A stretch of 63,936 nucleotides of DNA, the filler included, from Vannella sp. (Eukaryota), in assembly GCA_023345925.1 (NCBI GenBank). It is 6 parts of 6 records of this genome, joined end to end, with 100 filler letters (N's around TTAATTAATTAA, not from the genome) between each part and the next. Parts side by side here need not be neighbours in the genome. Positions count along the whole stretch, not along the records: positions 24,377 to 47,282 come from JAJQQN010000790.1; 5 more parts are not named here. The stretch is one strand, 5' to 3'. Each line of letters begins with the position of its first letter. Within the stretch, counting starts at the first letter, position 1. The translations under genes were made by a program, and so were the position numbers. Below the pieces are notes generated by a model. The model saw only the letters and a list, made by a program, of their open reading frames with translations. It was not told where the DNA came from and did no database searches. Positions 34,886 to 46,179 of this stretch are shown one piece after another.

Positions 34886-37591
34886 TTAATGCGATTGCAA
34901 TCGCGATAATTTAGGGCGCGTAGAGACGTTGGCGGTGACTTGGGCCGCCGGAATCGAGCAAATGTGACCGCATCCGGCCACTGGGCAGCCTGTCCGGCCG
35001 GAGAACCATTCCTTGACATGAGGGAGATGTCCACCATGTCCGCAACCTTGGCACCAAACGTAGAGACCTTTGACGGGTTGGGAACAGATGGAGCAGCTTT
35101 TCAGACTTTTGCACTTTTCGCATCTCCAGGCTTTCTTAAGGAGTGTCTTGCCGCATACACTGCAGCCTATCTGGAAAGTAGTGCCTTTTTGGTTGCGATT
35201 ACGGATGTCTGGAATGCCACACTCTTTGATGACACGGTTAGCAATCGTGTAGAGTTGGAATCGGTGCAGAAGCTCTGAAACAACATTAATGACTTGGAAG
35301 ACGAGTCAATGATGTTACTTACCCACGTAGGAATGAACCCAATTCGCTTTGTGGGTATTCTCTTTAAGCTGGGAGCCAAGAACTAGTAATACTGTAGCGC
35401 ATGTTTGGACATCGCCCCGCTCTGCATGGTAATTGAGCATGCTCTCGACGTTGGGATCTTGTTTCGGTGAGTAGATGCGTTAAGATAAAGAATGTCACTT
35501 ACGGAAATCAAAGTCAGGAATCGTGATGGAAGGAACTGCATTATCAGCGCGGGACTTCATTTGCGGAGTTAGCATTGGCCGGCGAGTTGACATTTGAGAG
35601 AAAAGAGAGTCTTCCAGCTCTTCAGGGTCAATAGGGCTGAATGAATGGCTTGGTAAATTGAATCGATCCAATCTGTCAAGCCCCAAAGGAGAGTCCAGCA
35701 GAAAGAAAGCTTCTCTCGGCTCATCAAAGATGATATCTGAGAGGAGTTAGAGTCTTTCAGCACCTCCACCTAAACAAACCGGAATTAAAGCTCCAATCTT
35801 CAGATTGGTTCTTCTTATGAGCCCTCTCCTTCACTTCGAGAGCATAAAACAGCTTTAAGATGTTCCACAGCTCAGCTATCTCCATCTGCTTGGCCTTTAA
35901 GGCCACCTTTTTCAAAGGTCAGAAACGCGAAATGTTGAAATATAACCCACTTGACGGTTTAAGTCACAGAGTTGGGCAACTGAGGCCCCACTGAACTGAT
36001 ATTTCTTCGCAAGAGTTGCAAATGCAGTGGGATTGAAAGAGTGGTACATTGGCATTGAAATCTAATTCAGTCAGAAGTATCCTTTTCCACTCCCCTTCAA
36101 CTCACCAGACCCTGCTCCGGAGCAGATACTATGTTGATGTTCCGGATAGGTGCTTTGAGAGGAGTGGGAGCAAGGTTGTACACTTCGCCGCTATCAATTG
36201 TTCTAGCGCTATCGTATTTTGCCAGATTGGTCGCCGAAATGCTCATCCATTGTGGCCTAAAGAAGGGATTGAGAATCTCAAGGGAATGTACAGCGTTTTC
36301 ACTCCTTACTTAACGCTGGGGCGTACGACAGCCTCGTGGAAGAATGAAAGGTCATTTGAGGGTCTCCATTGGACACCAGTCACTGGAATGTGGTCGAAAT
36401 GTTTGAAGCCGTCGGTCTTAATCTTAAAGCGTTTGATTGTGCCATCCTTACTGCATGATATCACAGTATTGCTTTGAGGATCTAAGCGGTCAAAGAGGAC
36501 GCCGGTTATAACATCAGTGTGAGAAGAGAGCGAATAAAGAGGAATGTTGGGGTGTTTTGTGTCCCAAATGTGGACTCGAGAGTCCACAACCGAATGAGTA
36601 GCGCAAAGCTGAGTGGGAAAGGAAGGTCTCCATTTGACCCGACCCACACTGGCGATAGTTTGAACGATATGGGAAGGAACTCCTAATGAGCTGCCCTCTT
36701 GCCTCTTGAGGTCCCAAACCTTCACCAAACGGTCCCGGCCAGCACTAGCCAGGAGGTTATCATGCTGCGAAGACGGATGCCAGTCAATAGCAAGAAGCAA
36801 ACCCTGGTGGGCTGTGATAACCTGCTTCGTCGCATCTGCTCCAGTCTTGCGAATGTCCCAGAGCTTTTCAATTGTGAGCACAGCCACTTCCTTGGTCTAT
36901 GCGCTCCCACCTTGATAGCTCCGTTGTCGTTGGCAGAGGCAAAGTAGTTGGAATGAAACGGATGGAATTGAACGTCGCGCACTTCTGCGTTCACACTTGG
37001 AAAGTCCTGTACTAAGTTGGGATCGCGCAAGTCCTGCAATGGTGTGAGGAAGTTGGAGAGATGGCTGTTCTAGCGTACAAACATCTTCACTGAGCCGTCT
37101 TGGGAGGCGGAAAGGAGCAAGTTGCCGTTAGTGGGATGCCATCCAAGGCGGTTAACAGTTCGGTTATGCTCCTTGATGACGCGCTCTTGCTTCTTTCCAT
37201 CACGGTTCACGTTCCAGATCACGATGGCTCCGTTTGTGGCGGCAGTGCCAATGAGATGAGTCAAGGCTACCTCTGTGAGTCAAGAGCAGACACAAGGTGA
37301 CAAAGAAACTCACTAGGATTCCACTGAACATCAACAGAACTGTAGTTCAACGTCATCCGCCCCACACGGAAGTTCTTCGTGACCTCCCAGTGCTCCTCTC
37401 CCTTCGCTATCCCCGAAGTAGCACGGTCGTGCCACTTCAGCACCTTCAGCACTACCAAGAACCCATCAGTCTCTTCTCGCCTCCCCATCTCACAAACCAT
37501 CTCTGCCAACAACAGCAATCGACTCCCCATCAGGGGAACACGCAATTGCGCTGATCGGCTTCTCCACATTGTACGTGTGCGGTGATGACAT
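34886..37591 (-). CDS. WDR24: GATOR2 subunit WDR24 (Sea2/Rtc1)
   Basis: WD40s (TAATNGAIVIWN, EHNRTVN, LLSASQDG, AHQG...DWHP, AGRD) and, after about 10 introns, a C-terminal Zn/RING CSIC...WCQGCGHGGH...W...CP..GCGH. Confidence 0.9.
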
Positions 37592-37754
37592 GTAAAAAAT
37601 GACCTGACATCTGGGCCCAAATGTCAGCATCTGAATAAATCCGCACTCCATGATCGCCAGATTTGGCTGCAGTTCAAGGAAGGCAATCTGAAAAGTCCGC
37701 TTTGGGTCAAGTGAAAGTGCGCCGAAAGGAGTCATTCCATAAGCTTCCCCTTCA

Positions 37755-39694
37755 ATGAGTGGGGCTCTAACGTCGCCAAGGACCAAGAAGAAGAATAAGA
37801 GCCTGAATCTGTTCCGGCGAGGGGGTGGGAAGAAGGACGAGATTGAGATATCAGCACCTCACGAGGGTTCCTTCAAGAAAGGTGTTCACATTGAGGAGGT
37901 TGGGGGCACATTAATCGTAGGTAGATAAGTTGACCTTACTGCACTTGGCTTATACTCTTCCGTAGGGAGTCCCAGAGGTATGGAGGGGCGAGGTGGAGTC
38001 CTCCGGCACCAAAAAAGTGGACGTTGTGAACACTGTTGACGAAGATACACCGCTTACTCTCATCCCTGATACGGGTATGCCAATCAGCAAGACACGGAGC
38101 AAAACAGAAGTGAAGGAGAAGAAGAAGAAGAAGAAGAAACAAGCTTCCTTCTCTATCTCCTCGCCCTCTAACTTCCGGCAGCCTGTTCACGTTGACTTTG
38201 ACAGTGAGACAGGCTTTAAAGGGCTTCCACCGGAGTGGGAGTCTCTTATCAAAGGATCTATCTCCAAGGATGAGTGCATCGCCAACTCTGCAGCGGTTTT
38301 GGAGGTCATCAACTTTCACCAACGAGGGATGGTCCCTCGGGGAACCTCACTAAGTGATGCTCCTGACTATAAGAAAGCCCTTCGAGAGAAGTCCATCCTC
38401 GACCTCAAAGCAGCAGGGAAAGAGCCTCCAGCAGATACAACACTTTCGTGTTTGGAGATCAGTGAGGATGAGGATCAGTACACAGCAAGGAGCGTGAGCA
38501 CTGGCTTCACCAATGCTTGCGGTAGGTTTTACGACATCCCCTTTCTCTCCTTGTCCTCACAACAGCCCAGACTGGTTAGATGACGGCGATCCAGCTGATG
38601 TCTTTGTCAACCTCGAGAAGGTTGGAGAAGGGTGAGCTTTAGTAGATATGTGTCAGATCCTCTCTTACTGACAAGAGTACAGCGCCTCAGGGACAGTCTA
38701 TAAGGGAATGTATCGCGACTCTGGCCGGGTCACAGCCATCAAAGTCATCAAGCTGGAGGAAGCGAAGCTGGATAACATCGAGAACGAGATCGCCATGCTC
38801 AAGCTCAGCAAGCATGAGAACGTGGTGGAGCATTGGGGAACTTACTTGAAGGACGATCAACTTTGGGTGGCAATGGAGTACATGGACGGCGGTGCTCTAA
38901 CAGACATGATCTCTATCTGTCAGATCAACGAGTCACAGATTGCTTGTATCTGCCGGGAAATGCTCAAAGCGCTGGTTGTGATCCATGATGCCAATCGGAT
39001 CCACCGCGACATCAAAAGCGATAACGTTCTCATCAACCTCAGGGGTGACATCAAGCTGGGTAAGTGTCCTCACCCTTCGCAGTGTGGGTGTTCATACGGT
39101 TCTCCAGCTGACTTTGGATACTGCGCCCAACTGACGGAGGACATGGACAAGCGAACGTCAGTCGTTGGAACACCTTACTGGATGGCACCAGAGCTTATCA
39201 AAGGGTTGGAATACGATGTTGGTGTGGATGTTTGGAGCTTGGGCATCGCCGCTATTGAGATGGCAGAAGGGGACCCTCCTTATCTAGACTTTCCTCCTCT
39301 TCGAGTAAGCGACTCTCCCTTCTACGCGTCAAAGCACACTTCGCTCTGTCATGCAATGAGACCTAACCCATGACCGCAGGCCCTCTTCTTGATAGCCACA
39401 CACGGTGCTCCGTCTCTCAAGGAGCCTGAGCAGTGGTCTGCCATCTTCAAAGACTTTCTTGGTTGCTGCCTTGAGGTAGACACAAGCAAACGAGCAACAA
39501 GTCGCGAGCTTTTAGGGGTGAGCGGCTCTTCTATGGCTTCCAAGATGACTAACACCACAAAGCATCCCTTCCTCAAACTCGCCTGCCCCACAAGGAACCT
39601 GACACCCCTTGTTCTGAAAGCAAAGGAAGTAGCTGCAGAGATGTCCTCTGGAAGCGAGAGCTACTCAGAGTCCGTCGAAGACTACTACGGCTGA
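37755..39694 (+). CDS. PAK (STE20) kinase with two CRIB-like motifs
   Basis: EISAPHEGSFKKGVHI...GVPEVW and ISSPSNFRQPVHV...GLPPEW. Kinase HRDIKSDN, ADFG, VVGTPYWMAPE. Six introns. Confidence 0.9.
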
Positions 39695-39745
39695 AGAAAC
39701 CAACATATTATATCATATTATATTTACAAGATGAATGGGAAGGAT

Positions 39746-40930
39746 TTATGAGGGTTTTGACTTTTTGATGTTGCGAGGGGTTTGGGGGGAAGGGAGCGCT
39801 CGTTTTTGGGCGGAAAGGGGAGGGATTTGTTCATTTCTTGTGAACGGACCAAGTGGTTGAGTGACAGTGTTCAGGCTGGTGAGGGTCTGGAAGTTTGGAA
39901 GCTTGCCTGCATAGTTGTTGGCTTGGGAAGGATTGGGTTGGGAGAAGGGAGGGAGCGTTGATTCCGCCTCGAATCGAGGGTAATGCTGAGGACTGGGAGG
40001 GAGAGTCCTGGCCTCTGCAAGGGGGAATGATGGAGCGATAGTGCGTATCTGAGGAGTAGGGGGAGGGGGAGCTGAACCAAGAGTCAAGTCAACTGCACCA
40101 GCATCTTTGAGGCACTTGACTGCACTGTGCAGGTTGGTGATACTCCCTGTGTGATGAAGGAGGTCCTTCGCCCAAGAGTTGACCACCTTAATGAAGGAAA
40201 CGTGGGCGTACTGATCCGCTGATCCATCACCAAGGTTGGCCCAGACACTCCACAGTTTCTTCTTCGTGGCATCTGTTTGCAAGTCCAAGGCGCCCTTCCA
40301 TTGCTGTAGATCCATGAGCTTTTGCAGATCAAGTCCAACTCTGGAGGAATCAGTCGGAAGAGACGAGGAGAGGGGAACAGGCGTTGCCTCCTTCTTAGGA
40401 GCTGGGCTGTGAAGAGGCGCTGTTGGGGTGGCATGCATGTTATGAGCTTGAATGTAGGCTTGGCTTTGCGCTCTTGGGTCTTGTAGAATTTGTCCTTGAG
40501 CCCTTCGATCAGGGGGAGGTTGAACGATTAGACGCCCACTCGGCGGTTGAACAGGGCGTTGGTGGAATGGTATAGGGACAAGGCCACTTGCAGCTTGACG
40601 TTGCTTCCCCTCGCTTAGAAGATCTGGGTTCTTCTCCATGCAGACAGCAAAGGCGATGAAGAGAAGCTCGATGGCCAGAAGGTTGATGTAAGGCGCCTCT
40701 GTCCACTTTTTCAGGACAGGTCCGAAAGGCTTTGAGCATTCCACATCGCGAGCGTCAAGGAGGATGAAGAGCCTCTTCCACACCACTTTGCGAGCTTCTT
40801 CGGAAGAGTTGTCCGCCAAAGTGGAGACATGGTGAAGCTCCTGCATTAGGCCTTTGTAGAAAGCGGGTGCAGTGTAGCACTGGAACGCCGGTGAGAAAAA
40901 GTATTCGCCAGCGGTTGCTGGGGTTGCCAT
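39746..40930 (-). CDS. Hypothetical protein with two similar helical domains and Pro/Gln-rich linkers
   Basis: 394-aa intronless ORF with an ATG start and a basic C-terminus (KRALPSPQTPRNIKKSK). Confidence 0.7.
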   Translation of the reverse strand: MATPATAGEYFFSPAFQCYTAPAFYKGLMQELHHVSTLADNSSEEARKVVWKRLFILLDARDVECSKPFGPVLKKWTEAPYINLLAIELLFIAFAVCMEKNPDLLSEGKQRQAASGLVPIPFHQRPVQPPSGRLIVQPPPDRRAQGQILQDPRAQSQAYIQAHNMHATPTAPLHSPAPKKEATPVPLSSSLPTDSSRVGLDLQKLMDLQQWKGALDLQTDATKKKLWSVWANLGDGSADQYAHVSFIKVVNSWAKDLLHHTGSITNLHSAVKCLKDAGAVDLTLGSAPPPPTPQIRTIAPSFPLAEARTLPPSPQHYPRFEAESTLPPFSQPNPSQANNYAGKLPNFQTLTSLNTVTQPLGPFTRNEQIPPLSAQKRALPSPQTPRNIKKSKPS

Positions 40931-41051
40931 GACTGAAAGAAGTGGAACGACCGGCCCTGATCAATCTTACAATGTCCATGTTGATAGGCTTCTAGAGCCC
41001 GAGGACGAATTTCCTTGGTGGAGTTTGCAGTGCCAGGCAATAATCTCTTCA

Positions 41052-42339
41052 TTACGAAACACGGGGCTGATTTTCTCGTAGCCTCGCGAGCTGTTGCTGC
41101 AACGCGAGCTGCCGCTGCTTCAGCTCCTCAAGGTTGGAAGGAACATTACTGGTGGGCTGAGTAACTTGAGCAAGGGATTCACTCTGAGGAAGGCGGGAGA
41201 CGGGAGGTCGCGCGGAAACATTGGGGGCGGAAGCGTTGATTGGCGCCCTGGGGAGGAGTGCCTTTGGTACCTCTTCAAGAGAATACGAATTTGTGGGCAA
41301 CGCTTTGTGAGCCACTGGCGAGGCAACGTAGGGGGCGATAGGGCTGGCTTGTGTGGAGTTGGCTAAGGAGGCTTGGACACTCAAAGGAAGCTCTTCTGGT
41401 AGAGGGAGCTCATCCTTTAGGATGGTTGGGATCTTGTGAAGCATTCCATACGCAACATTACAGCCCAGACTGCCCCAGTTAGTCGGGAATACTGGCCATG
41501 GTCAGATTCTCACCTTCCTGAGCCTCCCCAGTTCTTGTTTGGAGTCAAAGAGACCTGCTTCTTCTGAGCCATCTTGTGCCAGAGAGAGGAGCCGACCTAC
41601 CATCCTGATCCGATCTGTATCGCTGTTGTAGACAAAGATCTCGAGCTCACGGCCCATGTTGGATGCTACGAGGTTGAAGAAGTCCTCTGAACTTTGGAAT
41701 ACAAGACTTGAGCATCCTACGATGTAGTCGCTAAAGGCCTGAAGGCCCGCATCACTGGCTGGGGAGTTGGGAAACACCTCCTATCGCCGAGTATGAACAG
41801 ACAGCTGAACGACAGGAGAGAGGATACATACCAGAACATGCCAGACGTACTCTGTGGCGTCTTTGATGAGGCAGAAGCGGATACTGACACCGAGAAGCTC
41901 TGCTCGGTTCGGGTCCCAGTCTAAATTGGGTGTGATGATCACGTCTGAAGGAGGTCAGGTTTAGTTCAGCGTGCAGCTTACTTGTCTGGTGTCTCACCTC
42001 GTGTTCGTTCCGTCTTGGAGTTGTACACGCTCACTGGGACAGGCAGGTTGACGTTGTCTTGCAGGATCTTCACAAAGGCGTTGTTCTGCTGATCCTGCAA
42101 ACACTTTCAGTAAGGGGTTGATCCTAGGAAGGTTAACCAACCAAGAGCTGCCCGTTGGCTGCCACGATGAAGTCAAAGAAAGGGATCAACCCCGCCTTGT
42201 CTCCTGGCGAGTTGGCTTTCACCTGCCATTGGACCCAGCTCCATCAGAGATAGTCCCCTCCTCTCCATCTCTCCAAACAAACCTTCACCACATGGAATCC
42301 ACTCGCATAGTTCTCCTCCGAGCTCTGCCCGTTCCCCAT
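41052..42339 (-). CDS. GORASP: Golgi reassembly-stacking protein GRASP55/65
   Basis: Myristoylation start MGNGQS, GFHVVKV..NSP..KAGL.PFFDFI, LLGVSIRFC, VWHVL.V.PNSPA..AGL, WGG.GSLGC..AYG.LH.IP. Six introns. Confidence 0.93.
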
Positions 42340-42570
42340 CCCGCCACGCGTCCAACAAGTGAATCAAACCCCTCCAAATGGCCAATAAATAAAGCCCCAC
42401 CACAACCACCCATTCACAGGCACTCCCAACACCCGATTCTGCCTTGCAAGCCTTCTTCGCCCTTTGAGTTGGCTCTGTGGGTTGGAGGAAGCCTGTTTTT
42501 GGTAGCTTGACTGCTTGAGTGAGTAGTATTCGGGGGTTGGCGGGTTTATCGATGGGCCGCTGGAAGGAAA

Positions 42571-43609
42571 TCACCTTTCAGTGAGAAACACGTTACACCG
42601 CCAGTTTCTGGTCCGGAATGGGCCTAAAGAGGATCCTGAAAGGTCAGCTTCGGCGTAATATGGTTGTTTCTGGACGACACGGTCTCTTGCTAACCCCCTG
42701 GCTTGACTAATGAGCCTTTTCTCCTCCTCAGCTGTTGGAGATCCTGTGATAACGCTCAAGAGGAGGTGAGCGAAGCCTTCTGAATGCTTGTAAAGAGTGA
42801 CGTACCGTGGGAGATGTAGTTTGGCGTTACCAGTGGCCATTCTCCACTGGTGCTTCTTCTTGATGTGGTTCATTAGATCCAGGAAGATGATATCTGGACG
42901 CTCTTCGCTCTCTTTCATCTCCTCGAAGACTTGAGCGCAGCTTACAGGAGATGGGTAAAGGTGCATTCGAGAAAGAATGTCTTGGAGTGGTCCTTCGGCT
43001 TGGGCGGCCCTCTGGAAGCCGTCTTGGAGAAGGCAGTGAGCAACGGGACTCTTTTCTACCAGTGTCACAGTTGCACCTGCTCTTGCAAGAGCAAAGGCAT
43101 CTATACCCAAGCCAGCAGAGCCATCGAGGACAGTTCTTCCCAAAAGCGAAGATTGATCGGTGGACTCCTCGAGGCTTGAGCCTGCTGGTTGCACGATCAT
43201 GGACCTCAGCAAGGGACTTCTCTTTTCCAAAGCAGGTTCGCTCAGGAATCGGCTGAAGTCAGTGAAGTAGACAGCCAGAGGGCTGATTCTCTTCAGTCCC
43301 AGGTTGTTTGCCCCTAAAGTAGCGCGATCAGGCGAGTCTGAGAGCTTTAAATAGAGGGAACAGACTAGTTATGAAGTAGCAAAGCTGAAGACGCTCTGGT
43401 AACACTTGTAAGACGCCAAAGCTCTCCAGCCCTGAAGGAGGATTCGTCTCTGTGATGATTTCGACCCCGAACCGCTCCGCCAAGCTGTGCGCCCTTGCAA
43501 CAGAGTTCCCTCCCTCTTGCATTGCTTGGACAAACAGATGCTTGCGGAGCCCTTCGCCGATTTCACCACCGAGCGAACAGTATCGCCTCGTTGTCACGAA
43601 GGCGGCCAT
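42571..43609 (-). CDS. rsmJ: RsmJ (YhiQ)-like SAM-dependent rRNA methyltransferase, putatively organellar
   Basis: VLDGSAGLGIDAFALA...VTLVEKSPVAHCLLQDG...PDIIFLDLM...RVVQKQP matches the RsmJ motif order. Presequence-like MAAFVTTRRYCS. Contains introns. Confidence 0.75.
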
Positions 43610-43616
43610 CAGAAGA

Positions 43617-43694
43617 ACCAGGACTTCAAAATGGCCCAAAATCGATGGCGAGTGGTTGGAATCGGGGTTTTATATGTTTTTAGGGTTTCAACTT
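43617..43694 (-). promoter_or_regulatory. Conserved element, copy 2 (35-bp core 43660-43694, 51 bp upstream of the RsmJ-like ATG)
   Basis: aatcggggttttatatgtttttagggtttcaactt. The ~45 bp to its left also align with copy 3. Confidence 0.75.
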
Positions 43695-43963
43695 TCTGCG
43701 TCCAAAGCGCGATCCGCCGCGGAGGCTCGAGTTCTCTTGAAGGAGGATCATCCTAACCTTTGGACAACAGCTAACGCCCCTTCTTGAAACTGACTGATCG
43801 GCTCAGACTGGGGGACCGAGACTCCAAAAGTTTGTGATAAAATGACCTGAAAGTGCGTTCAATTATAACTCTTGATTCTGCACCAACAGCTTTCTGAACC
43901 CGCTTGTATTAACCTCTCGGTCGGGAACATGGTCCATTGTGAATCATTTCCCAGCTTGCACTC

Positions 43964-44891
43964 ATGAGCGACGAACCGCAACAGCAGAAGGTCTTCCCTG
44001 GTGTGTCTTTAGACGATGTGCAACCGTATGTAGTGTTTTATAAGAGATGGCTTGGCTCTGTTGTGGAAGAAGGAGGTCTAACGGGAGCGGATCGACGTTT
44101 AGCACGATCCCCACCGTTCCGGAGTCCATTCTGCGGAAGAAGAAGTCCATTGAGCTGTACAAAGCCAACAAAGAAGCTCGCCTCCTTGATTTGCGAAAGG
44201 TACACGCCCTCACCGACTGGAGAAGAGGTGATCTCACACGCTTTGGCTTTTGTAGAAGAGGGAGAAGAAGAAAGGCCAGAAGATCGAGTTTAAGCGTGCG
44301 GAGCACATCATTAACAACTATCGCAACTTGAGAAAGGCTGAGAAGCTCGTGAAACAGCGACAAGAGAAGAAAGAAGTCATCAAAGTCAAGGACCAATGCC
44401 AACTTCTCCTCGTTATCCGCATCAAGGGCAAGCCTGGACTGACTATGGATGACAAATCAAAGCGTATTCTTGAACGCTTCCGTTTGACTAAGGTGAACTT
44501 TGCTCGCTTCCTCTCTGTGACGGAGTTCACAAAGAAGATGATCCGACTGGTCGAGCCTTTCATCACATACGGCTACCCCACACTCAAGACTGTCAAGGAC
44601 CTTGTCTACAAACGAGGAATGACACTCCAGGATGGTGTTCCCGTGTCGATCAACAACAACGAGATGGTGGAAGCACAGTTGGGAGAGATCAACGTGATCT
44701 GTGTGGAGGACATCGTCCACGAGATCTACCATGTGGGAGAGAACTTCCTCAAGGTCAACTCTTTCCTTTGCCCCTTCAAACTCTCGATGCCTCGGACCGT
44801 TGAAGGCCCTCGCCGAGTCACCGTCAAGGAGATTCCCGCCTCTGGCAACCGCAAGGAGGAGATCAACGCCTTCATCGAATCCATGAACTAA
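43964..44891 (+). CDS. Ribosomal protein uL30 family (RPL7 or RLP7/RPL7L1-like)
   Basis: VPESILRKKK, FKRAEH, LLLVIRIKG, VEPFITYGYP, LVYKRG, ICVEDIVHEI, FLCPFKL, GNRKEEIN. Two introns. Confidence 0.9.
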
Positions 44892-44927
44892 GTGCTTTGT
44901 TATCCAAACGTTCCCTTCTTCTGCCGT

Positions 44928-46043
44928 TCACTGGGTGGTCCAGCAATCCACTGGGATCTGTGCTGCGAGAGACTTGCGACTGTGATCAACAAGAGTTGTG
45001 CTTGGCTCTTCATGTGGCGTACTTCGTCCTTGTACTAAGCGTATCAGAGTCTGGCGGAACTGCTTAAGCGAGAAAGCAACTCTACGGCTCTTGGATACGG
45101 GAATGGAGGGAGAAGGCTGGCTGTTTTCGGCGTTCTCGTTCTGCCAGAGGTCATCAAAGGATATGGGAAGGGCCGATCGTCGATGAGACATCCTTGTAAG
45201 CTTCTGAATGGGCGTAGACTTGCGAGTCGGAGTCAGGATCGCCACGCTTTCCTTCTTTTTCCTCGCTGCTCGACGCGCTTCGCGCTGGTGGCTTTCTTTA
45301 GGAGACATTAAGGTTCGAGAGACTGGTAGTAGCTGTTTCCAAGGTGAAGGACTGCTTCCTTCGCACTCCACATCGAATTGACGAAGCATTGCTTCGGCGA
45401 TCTGCTTGATGGCTTGCGTAAGAGCTTCTAAGTCGCCAGCAGCCGTCTCCAGATACTGTACAACTTCCATTTGTGACGCTAAGGCCTCTCCCTCGGCCTT
45501 ACTCACAACGTTTTGAGCGATGGCAGCGCCACTTTCAACGATCTGGTCTCGCAGGTCAGCTTGTGTCCCTATCAGGTAGATAGGAGCATCTGGAGCCATT
45601 AGATGAACTTCGGGGAACCATTGTAGAAGCGCACTCTCATAGGAGGTCCGCTGAACGGTAGAAAAGCAGAGAAAGAAGAGTTGACTGTTCTTATACGTCA
45701 AGAAACGAAGGCGAGAGTGTTCGTCACTGCTTCCACACTCAACGTAGGTCACTTGAAAGTGCTCTCCTCGTCGTGCAGTGACTTGAGCTTCGTATCGATG
45801 GAGAACGCCGGTGTTCTCGCTTCCAGAGCTTCCAGCGGCGGGTTTCTGCTCTGTCTTCTGCCCCAAACTCTCTAAGAGGGTTGTCTTCCCAACCCCAATG
45901 TCTCCAATGACTGCACACTGGACCCTCGACCGACTGGCAGCCTCCCGAACAAGCGGGGCAACTGAGTTCACTTCCACAGGCCGCGGGCACGCTTCAGGCA
46001 AGTACGTAGGCTTCACCGAGCCCTTCTTGATGTGTCCGTTCAT
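44928..46043 (-). CDS. Atypical Rho-family GTPase with N- and C-terminal extensions
   Basis: GDIGVGKT, RLRFLTY, FLCFS, QWFPEV, IGTQADLR, YLETAA. G3 is degenerate and there is no CaaX. Confidence 0.8.
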   Translation of the reverse strand: MNGHIKKGSVKPTYLPEACPRPVEVNSVAPLVREAASRSRVQCAVIGDIGVGKTTLLESLGQKTEQKPAAGSSGSENTGVLHRYEAQVTARRGEHFQVTYVECGSSDEHSRLRFLTYKNSQLFFLCFSTVQRTSYESALLQWFPEVHLMAPDAPIYLIGTQADLRDQIVESGAAIAQNVVSKAEGEALASQMEVVQYLETAAGDLEALTQAIKQIAEAMLRQFDVECEGSSPSPWKQLLPVSRTLMSPKESHQREARRAARKKKESVAILTPTRKSTPIQKLTRMSHRRSALPISFDDLWQNENAENSQPSPSIPVSKSRRVAFSLKQFRQTLIRLVQGRSTPHEEPSTTLVDHSRKSLAAQIPVDCWTTQ

Positions 46044-46179
46044 CGTTAGAGCGGAAAATACCCCCCTCCTTGGTGTAAGCAACCGCCATGAGAGTTCCCG
46101 CCATTCAGGCCGAGGGTGTTCTCAAGTCGCCCTTTTGCTCCATTGCAAGTGCAAAGGAGCGGAGTGAGTCATTGTTTAG

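Noticed and set aside
26437..46043. Apparent signalling cluster (two PAK-like kinases, an AGC kinase, a Rho GTPase, WDR24)
   Set aside because: These are large families interspersed with unrelated housekeeping genes. There is no evidence of a functional cluster without synteny data.
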